A program made the position numbers and the translations under genes. From Stegostoma tigrinum (taxonomy: Eukaryota): 64,000 nt of DNA. The first letter of the stretch is position 1. The number at the start of each line of letters is the position of its first letter. A model generated the notes under the pieces. That model saw only the letters and a program-made list of their open reading frames with translations, had not been told where the DNA came from and made no database searches. Shown here in pieces: positions 11,971 through 26,161 of the stretch. The stretch lies in NCBI RefSeq assembly GCF_030684315.1, contig NC_081369.1, positions 18,187,754 through 18,251,753 of the forward strand. Reading direction: 5' to 3'.

Positions 11971-14329
11971 CTTTTCATACATTCTACTCCTGTCTCCCCC
12001 AAACACACATTTACACACAGACACAGCTTTGTTTTGTTTACTTTGCTCTGAGAAAAGGGAACCATTTGATCCTTTCACACCTTCAAATGCACCCATTGTA
12101 CATCCCCATCATAACACATTGCCATCATAACCCTTGTGCCTGGGCACCCTCTCTATTAACCATATAAAAAAAACTATAATTTACCATTAACATTCTATTT
12201 CATAAATACGTATTCTTTAAGCATTAAATTTTCAGTAGGGCACTCACTTCTCAGCCGTATACCTGTTTTGTGTTTGCATTAGAACAACTTGGAGGGGCAC
12301 AATCTCCAAAATTTCAACTATGATGTTGTCAGGGCCCATAGTTTTACTGTATTCAGTTTGTTCAGTCATTTTTTGAGATTGTCGAATTGGCTAAAGCATG
12401 GGATGTGTGATGCTGTAATCTTCAGGGGATGCTGAATATGTCATAAAATCAATTCTCTTGATGGAAGATGATTTCAAAAGATTCAGTATAACATGGCACT
12501 CGTGTTATTGTTCTGTGTAGGCACTTCATTTTTATACTGACTTTGTAAATCTTCCACACCGCATGTTGAATCAAGTTTTGGCTCCTCTCTTAAATATGAG
12601 TCTGGGCCAAGTATTAGGTTACAGATTGTGGTTAGATACAATTCTGTTTCTAATGATGCCCCATGGTGCCAGTTTGTAGCTGCTGGATCACTCACAATTA
12701 GTTTTAATCCATCCCATGCAGCATTATTGTCATACCAATCACATAATGTGAAGACGAGACTTTGTCTCCACAAGGACGATGCCATGGTCACTCCCATGTC
12801 GCTATTGTCACAAACACATGCATCTGTAACAGGTAGATTGGTGAGAACAAGATGAATCAGGTTTTTCCTTTCTTTTCCACCACCAGGAAAACACCCGTAA
12901 TTGGGTATTTGCAAGCCAAGCTTGTTAAGGGAAACACTAACATCGAAAAGTGGGGAGAAGGGGAGGATGTGGAAACTAAATCAAAATGGAGGAGGAAATA
13001 AAGCACTGTATCCAGCAGTGCCCACCTCTCTCTTAAGGCATTGAGAGCATTGATGGATACTGTATCACTAATTAGGTTTTTGTCCCATGATTATTCTCTT
13101 TTTCACCTGCTGTGTGGTACATCTGTCAATTGTGTGTCCTTCAGGACTCTGAGAGCTCTTGTTACTGAGCCACTCTTTATCATTGGCATTCAAGTTCACA
13201 TAGAGTATATTCTGTGGTTACTACAGTACCTCTTCCAAGCATCCATGTCGCAGTTCATGATTATTTTTGTTCATTTTTCTGCAGAAAAGATTTTGGAAAA
13301 TAATTACTTTGAATATGTTTTTAAACTTTCATTAAAAAGTAACCAAATGCATAATGATTAAATACTTGAGCTAAAGCTGACTTCTGCAAACATTGAAAAT
13401 AATAAGGGATAAAAATTAATTCAGTAATTGCTAAATACTATATGGCTAAATTGTTTGTTCCAAAAAGTGGATGGAGTAAAGCAAGCCTGAACTGAGAAAG
13501 ATAAAAATAGAGGAGGTGAAACAGAATTAGGTTCAGCCATAGATTTGACAGCAGTCAGTTTTTAAACAGGACAAACAATGAGGACTTCTGACTAGACGAA
13601 GAAATCGGCAATGTGGAGGACAGTTAGGTCACTATTCTATTTTCAGATTACTAAATTAAGAGATATGCATGGAAGTTTTTCACTTTGCAGTCATTAGGAC
13701 AGAACAAGAATGCCAAAGAAAACAATCATTTATTCCTTATAAGGGTGCTGACTCACTGGCACATCAATTCTAATTGATTGAGGCATTGCTACAGAGAAGG
13801 GACTAAGGAACTATTGTATCCTACATTCGAAAGGTTGCAGTGCTTGGATATGTTCATGTGTGCTGCAGAAGACAAAGGCCCCTGAGCGGGAGTACATGTA
13901 GCTTTGAAGTGAGGTGGGTGAACCACTTTGTAAGCCTGACTGATGATTTTAAATTGGTTCTTGGTGTAATTTTTAGCATACTCAGAATTCTTCAGTACAT
14001 GCTGTCAAATCATGGCTTCATGTCTAATTCGAAATAGATGCTCTGAGCTTTGCAAGCAGAGATTGGTTGAGTATGGCCAGTATTCTGCCTGTTGCACATA
14101 GTTGGTGGGACAGGTTTAAAAACAAAGTTGCTGGAAAAGCTCAGCAGGTCTGGCAGCATCCGTGGGGAAGAAAACAGAGTTAACGTTTCGGGTCCTGTGA
14201 CCCTTCCTCAGAATATGTTGGTGGGACATGTTGTTTGATACAATCCACCAGATGTTGGGATGTATAGCAAATGTAGCTGGCATTACACTGGTACTGAGTA
14301 TTGTACTGCAGTCAAATATGGCAAGATAG

Positions 14330-14840
14330 CTGGAGATAGCAAGAACTGCAGGTACTGGAGTCAGAGTGAATATAGTGTGAAGCTGGAGGAACACTACAGG
14401 CCCAGCAGCATCAGAGGAGCAGGAAAGTCGACATTTCAGGTTTACACTCTTCATCAGGACTGGGGAGGGCGACAGGAGCTCAGAAATAAATGGGGAGGTG
14501 GGGCTAGGGGAAGATAAATGGGATGGTGATAGGTGGATGCAGGTAAGGGGTAGTGGAGATTGGTCAGTGGGAAGGGTGGGGGAATAGGTGGGGATGAAAG
14601 GGAAGGTTGGACATGGGATGAGGCCTGGGGTGGGGAGATTTTGAAACTGGTGAATTCTACATTTAGGCCAACGGGCTGTTGGCTCCTGCGTGGAATATGA
14701 GATGTTGTTCCTCCAGTTTGCATGTGGCATCATTGTGACATTGGAGGAGGGTCAGGATGGAAATTTCACCAAGGGAGTGGGAGGGTGAGTTAAAATGGTT
14801 TGCAACCGGAAGGGGCTGTTGATTATAGCGTACATTGATA
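14330..14840 (-). mobile_element. Penelope-like 3' fragment (a short piece of a related family lies at 14115-14212)
   Basis: PVANHFNSPSHSL...ATCKLEEQHLIF, pyrimidine-rich 3'UTR and the conserved terminal segment. Confidence 0.8.
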
Positions 14841-15214
14841 AGCTGAAGTATGCACTTTATTTTTGGTGCCAATTGAATGAGATGTATTTGTGATTAACTT
14901 TTGTAAAAGCCAATTAATTTTTAAAATACCAATTGAAAATACCAGAAGAAATGGAATTCCAATTAACTGCCTTTACAAACTTTACATAATTTCACCTCAT
15001 GTTTCCTTCTCAAGTACTGATTGATGGCAGAATTATGTTAAAATAGAAATGGCCTTGTGCAGGATGTATTTAAGTAAATATACAAATCATAACATAATGA
15101 GAATGTAGGAGTAGATGAAATCCACAAATCAATTAAGTATGTGGTTTTTTTACATAAAACTGCTGCAAAATAAACACAAAGAATTCTTCAATTTATTTGA
15201 TATTTTCCAGACTG

Positions 15215-15550
15215 GGGGATATGGTAACCTAGCAGTGTTATTGCTAGGTTGTTAATCCGGAGACCAATGTAATGTTCTAGGCACCTGTGTTTGAATCCTG
15301 CTGTGTCATATGATGGAATTTGACTTCATTAAAAATCTAGAGTCCAGTGATGACCACGAAACCATTGTTGCTTGTCAGGAAAAACCCATCTGGTTTGCTA
15401 ATGTCCTTTAGGGAGGGAAATTGCAATCCTTACTGGGTTTGATCTACATATCACCGACGGGAAAACACTCTGAACTATTCTCTGGGCAATTACCAATGAG
15501 CAATATGAGCGTAGTCATCAATATTGATTGACATCTTGTGAATTCACTTT
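15215..15550 (+). mobile_element. tRNA-derived SINE (second family); related copies at about 20140-20500 (-) and 31400-31735 (+)
   Basis: B-box-like GTTTGAATCC; shared AAAACCCATCTGG...GTCCTTTAGGGAGGGAAA body in all three copies. Confidence 0.65.
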
Positions 15551-17534
15551 TTTCAAATCTCAGATTTTCACATGCATTTTCATTTCAGCAATTAAGGCGA
15601 TATTTGATACTGTTCACTACTGCAGCTTTATGTTGAACAGCACTTTTACTGTGTTATGTTGATTTATGCTTCCAATTTTATCCGAGAAAATTCAAATAAA
15701 GGTTCAATGTGACCTGAGCATTCTGTCCAATGTGTTGAGAATCTAACTGAGGTGTGTCTCCACTTGGAATGGATTAAAATCAGACAAAACTTCAGACAAA
15801 CACACCCCTTGCCATGGGCACAGATGAAATCCAGAGGTGGCAGTGTCTTGGTACAACTGGTGCCATTAGGATGTGCTCCCAAATCATGTAGCACAATCTC
15901 AACTCAACTCAATCATCTCAGCAATTCCTCAAAACTCATGACTCCCTTGCGATTAAAAATCTAACTTGCTTTCACTGTTTTTCTGTTGAACAGAATTCCA
16001 AGAATCTCTTATTCTCAAACTCTGTCCCTTATTTCCAGTCTCTTCCACAAAGAAAAATATTCTCCTTGTATCCACTCTATCAAGTCCCCACAGAATCTTG
16101 TGTGTATCTGTAATATCACCTTTCAACCATCTAAACTGCATGGATAAAGGCCCAAACTGTTCAATTCTTATTCAAAAGATAATCTTTTCATCTCAGCAAT
16201 GAGACTAGTGGACCTTTTCTGGACTTCTTCTAATGAACTTATATCCTTTCTCAAATAAGGAGACCAAAGTTATGCACTGTATTCTTTATGTGATCAGGCC
16301 CATACAACTGCAGTTAAATTTCTCTACCTTTATATTCCATTCACCTTGCAATAAGCCAATTTGCATTCCATTTGCGCTCTGAATCACTTGCTGTCCATGT
16401 AAACTAACATTTTATGATTCATGTACCAGGGCACACAAATTTCTCCCCAATTTCTGCAATCTTCACTGGAATAGGATATGCTTTGCTATTCTTCTTGCCA
16501 AAGTTGACAATGCTAGTTTGCATTCAATAGGGTAGTGGATGCAGTAGTATTCATGTTCTTCTTCCTTAATAACTATTATTTTGCAACTGCTGTTAACAGA
16601 TGACGGGTCTAGGCCCGAAACGTCAGCTTTTGTGCTCCTAAGATGCTGCTTGGCCTGCTGTGTTTATCCAGCTCCACATGCTGTTATTTCTGTATTATTT
16701 ATCAGGAACAGAGCATTCTAGCATTCTCCCTTTCTGCATTTTACTGCAGTGCTCTGCAGCTTGAGTGTACACCACCACTTTTTGTAGTTTTCATTAAATT
16801 AAGGTCATCTTAGAGATTTATTTTATGGTGATCTAAATTAGATTTTAATCATGAAGAAAATAGCTCAAGTTTTCTTGTCGGTTATGCCCTATTTTCAGAT
16901 CTGCACAGCCATCTATACTCTTAGAAACCTCTGCTGCTGCTTAAGGGTAAACTGACATCCTTTTGTCCAAATACTATGTTGTCCAAAGGTGCTGTTTATT
17001 AGTCTTCAATTAGTTTCCAAATATTTACCACCAACGTGACATGACATCACTGGTTGCCTCCAACACGGTGTTTTACTGATGTGGTAATGCCAATATTGTC
17101 TCTGTAATGTCAGAAACTGGGTGTGGATATTGGGGTATTGATGAATCTTACTTATTTTGATAACAATTAATTATTATGCACAAACATTACATTACTCAGG
17201 CCCACAAATGTTTGGACTAATATAACAACAGAGTTACAAGTTACAACAGAGTAGCATCCTTTCAGCAGAGTATCACGCTTCAAGTGATCATGGTAAGGTG
17301 GATTATGAGATTTACCAGTTCACATGTTGTTATGGAGTAAATATGAACACGTAATGAACAAATCCCTCTTAATGCAGACTGACCATGACACAGAACATGG
17401 ATCACGTCACATTTCCTCACATTACAACCATCTGCCAATTTTTCTTCCCATTCACTTAATCTTTCCATATCCTTTAACAGGTTTTCCACTCCTTTTGACA
17501 ACTCACTTTCTTGCCTCCTTGATGTCATCAACAT

Positions 17535-19285
17535 ATCGGCTCAATGGTCAGAGACAGAGGGTGATGGTAGAGGGTTGCTTTTCAATCTGGAGGCCTGGTC
17601 ACCAGCAGTGTCCCACAGGGATGAATACTCAGTCCATTTTTGTTTATCATTTAAATAAACAATTTGGATTAGAATTTAAAAGACATGGTTAGAAAGTTTA
17701 CAGATTATACCAAAATTGGTGGTACCTTGGACAATGAATAGAATAGGATATCCTTTGTTGTCACATGCTCACAAGTACATCTTAAATACAAAGTACCTTG
17801 GTACAAATCTTGGATACAAAAAGAGGAATTAAATAAAAGTTGTTGCATTACTTTACAGTAATGCATACTATAGTTACAAATACGACATAGTTAAAAGGAT
17901 AGTCATTACAGTCAGATAATCACATTACAAATAAACATTACACTGCAGTAACTCAGCACAGGAGCTTCCACACATGGTCTGACCACCCATGCCAGACCCC
18001 ACTCCAACAAACATCCTCACTCTGCTCCGTTCCACGCCTGCAGTCCGCTCCACACAGTCTCTCAGCTGCTCTGAGGTAGGTTTACTCCAGGACTGCTTTC
18101 CCCTTGGTGGCCTCCACTGAGGACTGCTTCCCTGCACCAGCTTCCACTCCAGAACTGCTCCTCCACTCTGGCACTGGTTCCTTGCACAAGCCTCCAGCCC
18201 AGGACTGCCTCCCCACACCAGCCTCCACTCCAGGGCTTGCTTCCCCACGGTGGCCTCCACCCCGGTACTCGCCTATTCGGCTCACCAGTTCCTCCATTCT
18301 CCTCTGGGTGTGTGAAAAGTCATTGGTTGGAGCGAGAAAATGCAGGAAGGAGAGGGAAAAAAAGAAAAAGAAAGAAAAAAGATGGGCAGAGCAGAGGAAC
18401 TCTGGCTGGAGCATTTTATTCTACAGCCATCTCCCTGATATTATATTGTTATAGAAGGTTATCTGAGATTGCAAAGAGATCTTGATCAATTGGGTCAATG
18501 GGCTGAGGAGTGGCTGTTGCAGATTAATTGGATAAATGCGAAGTGTTGCATTTTGGTAAAACAAACGAGGGCAGGACTTATACAATTAATGGTAGAACCC
18601 TGAGTAGTGTGGAACAGAAAGACTAAGGGATTCAGGTATGTAATTCTTTGAAATTTACATTACATGTAGCCACAGTGGTTAAGAAAGCATTTAGCACACT
18701 TGCCTTCATTGCTCAGATCTTTTGAGAATAGGAATTGGGATGTCATGTTGAGGTTGTACCAGACATTTGTGAGGCCTCTTCTGGAGTACTGTGTATAGTT
18801 CTGGTCACCCTGTTATACAAAGGATACTATTAAATTGGATGGGTTCAGTAAAGATTTATCAGGATGTTTCCAGGAATGGAAGGTTTGAGATATAAAGAGA
18901 GAATGAATAGATTGGGACTTTTTTCACTAGAATGTGGGAGGTTGAGGGGTCAACTTACAGTGGTTTATAGAATCATGAGTGTAAATATGAGGTGACTATC
19001 AAGGGTCTTTTCCCTAGGCTGGGTAAGTTCAAAACTAGGGGGCGTGTCTTTAAGATGAGAGGAGAAAAATTTTAAAAGGACATGAAGGGCAACCTTTTTA
19101 TGCAGGGTGTGGTTCATATGTGGAATGAACTGACAGAGGAAGTGGTGGATACAGATACAGTTACAACATTTTAAAAAGACTTGAATAAGTACACGAATAA
19201 GAAAGGTTTGGTTTGGGAACATGGTTGATGTGGACTAGTTGGACCGAAGGTTTAGCTTCCATGCTGTATGACTCTGTGACTCTAC
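17535..19285 (+). mobile_element. CR1 LINE 3' half, interrupted by a minus-strand element (about 17740-18450) carrying about 30-bp tandem repeats
   Basis: RQRVMVEGCFSIWRP; RT DNA resumes at 18450; repeats of GGACTGCTTCCC...GCCTCCACTCCA at 18085-18260. Confidence 0.8.
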
Positions 19286-20712
19286 CATACATTTGGTTCC
19301 TATGTTTGATTGTTGTTTGCAAATAGTTCAAGTCCCAGATTTTATCCTTGAGGTACTCCACTAGTTACATCTTGCCAACCAAAGAGCTATCCATTTATTC
19401 CTTCCTGGCTGGTAACCAATCTCTTTTCTCTGCTAAATCCAAGTGTACCACAGCAATAGATTTCCCCTTTATCACCCTAATTTTTACTTCTTGAAAACCT
19501 CAGAAAATTATGTACTATTTTTCTTTTGTCAAATCGTGTTGATACCATCTGACCATGTCATGATTTTCTAAGAATCCTGCTATAACCTGCTTAATATTTG
19601 ATTCTAGCAATTTCCCAATGACTGCTATTAAGCGAGCTTGCCTAGTTCCTGTTTCCCTCCTGTCCTGAATATTGATATTAGCTGCCTAATAATCCTATAA
19701 CTTGGCTTGAATTCTAAAAGTAAAGCACTACCCAAGCCGTCTTTAACTTATTACTGAGTACCAACTACACAGTTTCAGTCTATGTCAAATGGAAGTCTTC
19801 CCTCGCTCTTTCACATACTTACTGACGTTTGGTCTCTGTAATCTTTTGAACCACTTTTTTGTGACCTTGGAACTGTCCTAATTCACAAAACATCGCAACA
19901 GGCCTCTTCCCTATGTCTGGGCAGAATCGAATGTTGACAATGAACAATGCTTGGAACTGAATGTACACTGATGTTGCATTTCAAATAAAATGATAGCTTG
20001 TTGTTTACACAGAAAAAAATTACTTGAGATTTAAATTGCAAACTACTGGTTGTGTACTTTTAAACTACTCTACAAGTGACCTCTTACATTTCTTATTTCT
20101 ACATCTTGTTCCTTCAAACTCGGGTCCTCTCTCACGACTACTCAATTTTTTTTCATTCACCAAATCTGAGTGTCTCTGGCCAGTCTATTATTTTCAAGTC
20201 ATCCCTAATTGCCCAGAGGGCAGATAAGTCTCAACCACATTGCTGTGGGTCAAGAGTCACACATAGGCCAGGCCAGGTAAGGACAGCAGTTTCCTTTTCT
20301 AAAGGATACTGGTGAACCAGATGAATTTTTCTGACAATTAGCAATAGTTTCATCGTCATCATTAGATATCTAATTCCAGATATCTGTTGAATTCAGACTC
20401 CACTATTTGCCATGGCAGGATTCAAACCCGGGTCCCCAAACCATTACAGGTCTCTGGATTAATGGTCTAGCGATTATACCATGAGGTCATCATTTCCCCA
20501 ATAAACATCAGAAGAACATCATGGTTCATGGTTTTGGGCTTTAAACTATTTGTACCATCTCATTTTCAGTCTACATTAAGTTCTTGCTGTGGAACTGACT
20601 TATCCAACTTGGTGAGTTCAATCACAAATGATGAGGTTGTACAAATATCCAAATCCTCAAATGATAAAGGATCTAATTATGTTAATGCAAAAGACAAGGC
20701 TGAGTATTTGCA

Positions 20713-20897
20713 ACAACAAGGTGTAGAGCTGGATGAACACAGCAGGCCAAGCAGCATCAGAGGAGCAGGAAGGCTGACATTTCAGGCCTAGACCCTTCTT
20801 CAGAAAATCATTTTGATGCTGCTTGGCATGTTGTATTCATCCAGCTCTACACCTTGTTATCTCAGATTCTCCAGCATTTGCAGTTCCTGCTATCGCT
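20713..20897. mobile_element. Palindromic Penelope-derived short insert
   Basis: Inverted arms; flanks GCTGAGTATTTGCA and GCTAAATATTTGCA (degenerate TSD). Confidence 0.75.
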
Positions 20898-21269
20898 AAA
20901 TATTTGCATCCATTTTCAGCCAGAAGTGTCAAGTGAATGATCCATCTTGGCCTCCTCCTAAAATTTTCAACATCACAGATGCCTGTATGCGACCAATTTG
21001 ATCACTTCGTGTAGTATCATGAAATAACTGAAGACACTGGATACATGGAAGGCTATAGGCCCTGAAAACCTTCTGGCAATAGTACTGCAGTCTTGTTCTC
21101 CAAAACTAGCAATGCCCGTAGCCAAGCTATTCCAGTATAGCCACAACACCAACACCCAATAATATGAAAAATTATCTGCAAATGTATTGTGCAGAAAAAG
21201 GCAGGACAAATCCAAGCTGGCCAATTACTGCTGAAGAACACTATTCTCAACCATCAACCAAATGGTGGA

Positions 21270-23400
21270 AGGGTCATTAAACAGGTAACAGAGGTTGATA
21301 AAGAGAAAGGTGTTGTTGATGTGGTATCCATGAATTTCCCAAAGGCTGTCAATATGGCGCAACACAACAGGCTAGAGGAAATTTATTGGTTATAGAACAA
21401 AAGAGACAGTAGCAACTTGTCTACAAAATTAACTGAGGGGTAAGAAACATAGTAATTGTTAATGGATTTTTTTTCAAGCTGGAAGAAGGCTTGAAAAGGA
21501 CCTCTCCAAGAGTTAGTATTGAGACTTCTGCTTTGCCTGATATATATAAATGCCTAAGGTTGCAAACGACACAAAACTTGGAAATTTCTAAATTGTGGAG
21601 TGAACAGTGTAGAACTTCAAAAGGGCAATGGCATATTGGTGAAGTGGCTGGACGATTGGCAGATTAAGTTCAATGCAAAGAAGTTTGAGCTGATACACTT
21701 TGGTACAAAAAAATTGAAGATCTGGTGTAAAACAAATGATATTGTTCTAAAGGCTATGCCAGAGCCCAGAGATCTGGGCGTATATGCATGTAACTTACTA
21801 AAGATGGTCACAGAGAGAGAGAGCTGTTAATAGACCATACAGGATCCTAGGCTGAATAAATACGTGTATAGAATATGAGAGAGGTTATGATTTTATATGA
21901 GACTAATTAGATCTCAACTGGAGTACTGTGTGCAGTTCTGAGCATCACACTATGGGACGAAAGTGAATACATTGGAAAGAGTGTAAAGAATTTTATGAAA
22001 ATGGTTCCAGGGATGAGATATTTCAGTTATGAGAAAAGATTGGAAGAAGTTGAGACTATTTTCCTGAGAAAGAAGAAGGCTGAGGATTGATCAAAGCTCT
22101 CGAAATCATGAGGAGTCTCTTGAGTGGATTAGAAGAAACTTTACTTGATTGGAAGTAGATGAGAAAATAGAGAGCATGGTTTTAAAATGTTTTGCAAAAT
22201 GAAGCAAGTGTGAGGTTGCGGAAGATCTTTTTTTCAGACAGCAATAGTTAGGAATTACACAGATAGAAAATGATTTGGATATGAACCACTGGAGGTATGG
22301 TTAGTAAGTTTGTCAATGACACTAAAATTGGAGATGTGATAGACAGCGAAGAAGGTTACCTCTCAATACAAAGGACCTTGATCAGATGGGCTACTGAACT
22401 GGGGAGTGGCGGATGGAGTTTAATTTCGATAAATGTGAGGTGGTGCATTTTGGAAAGGCAAATCAGGGCAGGTCTTATACACTTCATGGTAAGGTCATGA
22501 TGAGGGTAGCTGAACAAAGAAAACTTGGTGTGCAGGTTCATAGTTCCTTGAAAGTGGAGTTTCAGGTAGACACAGTAATGAAGAAGGCATTTGGTATGCT
22601 TGTCTTTATTAGTCAGTGCACTGAGCATAGGAGTTGGGAGGTCATGTTGCATCTATACAGGACGTTGGTTAGGCCACTTTTGGAATATTGCGTGTAATTG
22701 TGGTCTCCCTACTATAGAGAGGATGTTGTGAAACTTGAAAGGGTTCAGAATAGATTTACAAGATTGTTCCCAGGGTTAGAGGGCTTGAGTGAGAGGGAGA
22801 GGCTGAATAGGCTGGGGCTGTTTCCCCTGGAGTGCCAAAGGCTGAGGGGTGATCTTATAGAGGTTTAAAAAATCATGAGGGGTATGCATAGGGTGAATAC
22901 CCAGGGTCTTCTCCCTAGGGTTGGGGAGTCCAAAATTAGAGGGCACAGGTTTAAGGTGAGAGGAGAAAAGTTTTAAAAGGGACCTAAGAGGCAATTTTTT
23001 CACTCGGAGGCTGGTGCATGTAGGGAAAGAGCTTCCAGAGGAAATGATGGAGGTGGGTACAGTTACAACATTTAAAAGGCATCTCAATGGTACATGAATG
23101 GAAGGGTTTAGATGGATATGGGCCAAATGCTGGCAAAAGGGACTAGATTAATTTCGGTATCTGGTTGGCATGGATGAATTGGACCGAAGACTGTTCCCAC
23201 ATTGTATAGGTCTATGACTGTATGGTGTGGATGGTTTCAATTAGGACATTCAAGTGCGTATTAGATGATTATTTAAATATTTACAATTTGCAGGGTTGTG
23301 GGGAAAAGGTAGAAGATTCGATTTAGAATGCTCAGAAATCCAGCGCAGACACGATGGGCTAGAATAATCTCGTTCTGCTCCATGATAATGCTGTGATGTT
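21270..23400 (+). mobile_element. Old CR1 with a younger CR1 (about 22260-23222) nested in its 3' end
   Basis: WQIKFNAKKFELIHFG (older copy); MEFNFDKCEVVHFGKAN...LYRTLVRPLLEYCV (younger copy). Confidence 0.85.
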
Positions 23401-24429
23401 GAAGCCTTTAATATTATTGACACTTGTAGTATATTTCTGTTAATGTGACAATATTACAATGGAAACCTACAAACTTGTTTTAAGTAGATATGCATTGATC
23501 TCTCTGCAGTAGTTTATGTCAATTTACCATGATCTATGAGTTTTGTTCCATGCACTTTGTGATAAAATTGCAAATTCGTTCTTTTAATATAGAAAATATA
23601 TCCAACATCTACAATCGGAAAGGGGGAAGATAGATCTTTTTCATCGTGTATAAAACTGCACCAGCTCTACCTTGCCAAAGCCAACCACAATCTAAGGATT
23701 ACCCTTGATGGAAAAGACATCTTTGTGATATCTTTGAGTTTTTCTTTTCTCTCTATTACTGACTGCTTTCCAAAACCCCTCACTTATATGCCCTTCATCT
23801 TAACAAGTGAGGTCAGGGGTTTATTCACCACCAAAGCAGAGACAATCCATCTTACTGCTCCTGCTGCATCCCCTTTCTGCACCACAACCGTCACCTGCCC
23901 CAATATGTAAACATTACAACACTCTTATGCTGGACTTCTCCATAATGTCTTCTTTATTTCTCTCCAACACATTCCAAGTGCAACTCATCTCAGCCAGTGA
24001 AGCTCCTCTTCGTCACTTTGACTTTCATTGACACCAAACTTCTCTCCATGCCCTTTTCTGTGTTCTCAAGCTAGCCGCAAGCAAACATGCATCATGTTGA
24101 TTTGCAAAATAGACCAGGATCAGTTCCTGGCTGGGGCACAGACCATGTTGTGCAAGAGAAGGGTACCAAGTGTCATAGAATAGTGCTGCAATGAACAATT
24201 TTGATCATTGTATCAGGTCAATCATGATTGTGCCCATTCCCATCCCACATCTGTTTCATGTTTTTTCTTTTAAATATTTACCCAATTTGCTTTAAATTTT
24301 TTTATTGAATCTGCTACCACTACTCTTAGGCAATGTACTCCAGATCACAACTCATTGTGTAAAAGCACACAGACTGTCTCTTGCTCTTTTGTCAATTACC
24401 TTAATTCTGCGACCCCCTGTTAGCTAACT

Positions 24430-24653
24430 AATAGACAGATCAAAGGAATGCAGACAGAATAACAACAAACGCCTCATTGCCGATGAAGCAGCACAGATCC
24501 CAGGCTTTGGTCTTTCTCTCAAAGATAGTAGATAGTGCTCAACCGAATCCACAGGGCATGAACGATGTGACTATCACTTCCAGAAGTGGAAGATGAGGAT
24601 GATCCAAAGTGCAATTACAGCTACGTATACATCACATTAACCTTTTCACTGAA
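24430..24653 (+). repeat. 224-bp direct repeat, copy 1
   Basis: Matches 25938-26161 with 3 substitutions by eye. Confidence 0.95.
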
Positions 24654-25937
24654 CAATGTTGTGCAAGTCAGTGTGATCTCCTGGACTCTTTTTCTTTATT
24701 CGTTTATGGGAACTGTGTATCATCATCAAAGTTAGAATTTATTTCCCATCTCTGATTGCCCTCTAGAGGGTGCTGTTTTGCCGTTGCAGTTCATATGGTG
24801 TGGGTACACCCACAGTGTATTTGGAAAGGAGTTCCAGAATTTTTTCACTGGGACAGTGATGGAACAGTGATATGGTTCTACATCAGGATGGTATGTGATT
24901 TTGAGGAGAACTTCAGGGTGGTGGTGTTCCATGTCCTTCTAGGTTGTAGAGCTTTGAAGATACTGTTAAAAGAGCATTGGTGGATTGCTGCTGTGTACCT
25001 TGTAAATGGTACACACTGCAGCCATGGTGCAGCAATCATGGAAGGAGTTAATGTTTAAAGTGGTGGATGGAGTGCGAATAAGGGGCCGCTTTGTCCTGAA
25101 TGGTGTTGGGCTTCTTGAGTGTTGTTGAGCTGCAGTGATCCAGCCAATTGAAGAGTATTCCACCATTCTGCTGACTTGTGCCTCTTCAATGGTGAACAAA
25201 CTTTGGGGAGACAAGAGGCTGGTTACCCACCACAGAATTCCCAACCTCTAACCTTTCATAGTTATTAGTTACTCCTGGACTAGACTATCTGGCAGAGGAT
25301 TAGAGCAGGTGTATTTTTCTTTCCCTGTAGATTAACATTGGATATGAAGTATCTGAATAAAGATCCTTATGGCATCCAGATTATAAGGGACAAGTAAGAG
25401 CAGTGTGATCAGATGTCAAAGGCAATTATTCAAGTATCAACAGAGAATGTCATTGAATCAGATCTGAAAAGGGTTAAATTATTTCATTCGTTGCCTGAGT
25501 TGGTGGCAGAAACAGAGACCCTAGACTCTTTAAGTACCTGGATCAGCAGCTTAAGTGCTATAAGATGTAGGGCACTCGTCAATGTGCAAGAAGATGGGAC
25601 CAGAAGGGGCATCTGGGATGCCTTTGGGCCAGTATAGACAAGATAGGCTGAATGGTCTCCTTCTGTGCTACATCATTTCTATGGTTTTCCCACTTCTAAT
25701 AATTTCCTGTGGAGGGAAAAGAAAACTTCTGTGGAGCCACTTGGTGGCCAGAAAGTGGAACTACAGTCAGACTTATTCCAGGTGCCTTGTGAGAGATTGG
25801 CAAGTTGTGAGATGTACTAACTTTCCTAATTGCAAAGCTTGGAAAAGAAACATGACCAACGAAGAGCTTGAATTTGCACCAGCACCCATTGGAAGCTGCG
25901 GCCAGTATTCTTGCAGTTGGTATCAATTCACAATCCA

Positions 25938-26161
25938 AATAGACAGATCAAAGGAATGCAGACAGAATAACAACAAACGCCTCATTGCCGATGAAGCAGC
26001 ACAGATCCCAGGCTTTGGTCTCTCTCTCAAAGATAGTAGATAGTGCTCAACTGAATCCACAGGGCATGAACGATGTGACTATCGCTTCCAGAAGTGGAAG
26101 ATGAGGATGATCCAAAGTGCAATTACAGCTACGTATACATCACATTAACCTTTTCACTGAA
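25938..26161 (+). repeat. 224-bp direct repeat, copy 2
   Basis: Matches 24430-24653. Confidence 0.95.

Noticed and set aside
25582-26043. 153-aa ORF containing NFPNC, reminiscent of Harbinger transposase
   Set aside because: Lacks the following GAIDG motif and starts inside a CR1-like tail; no support.
24430-26161. LTR pair or CRISPR-like array
   Set aside because: Only two copies, no LTR termini, PBS or PPT, no repeat-spacer periodicity, and a eukaryotic context.
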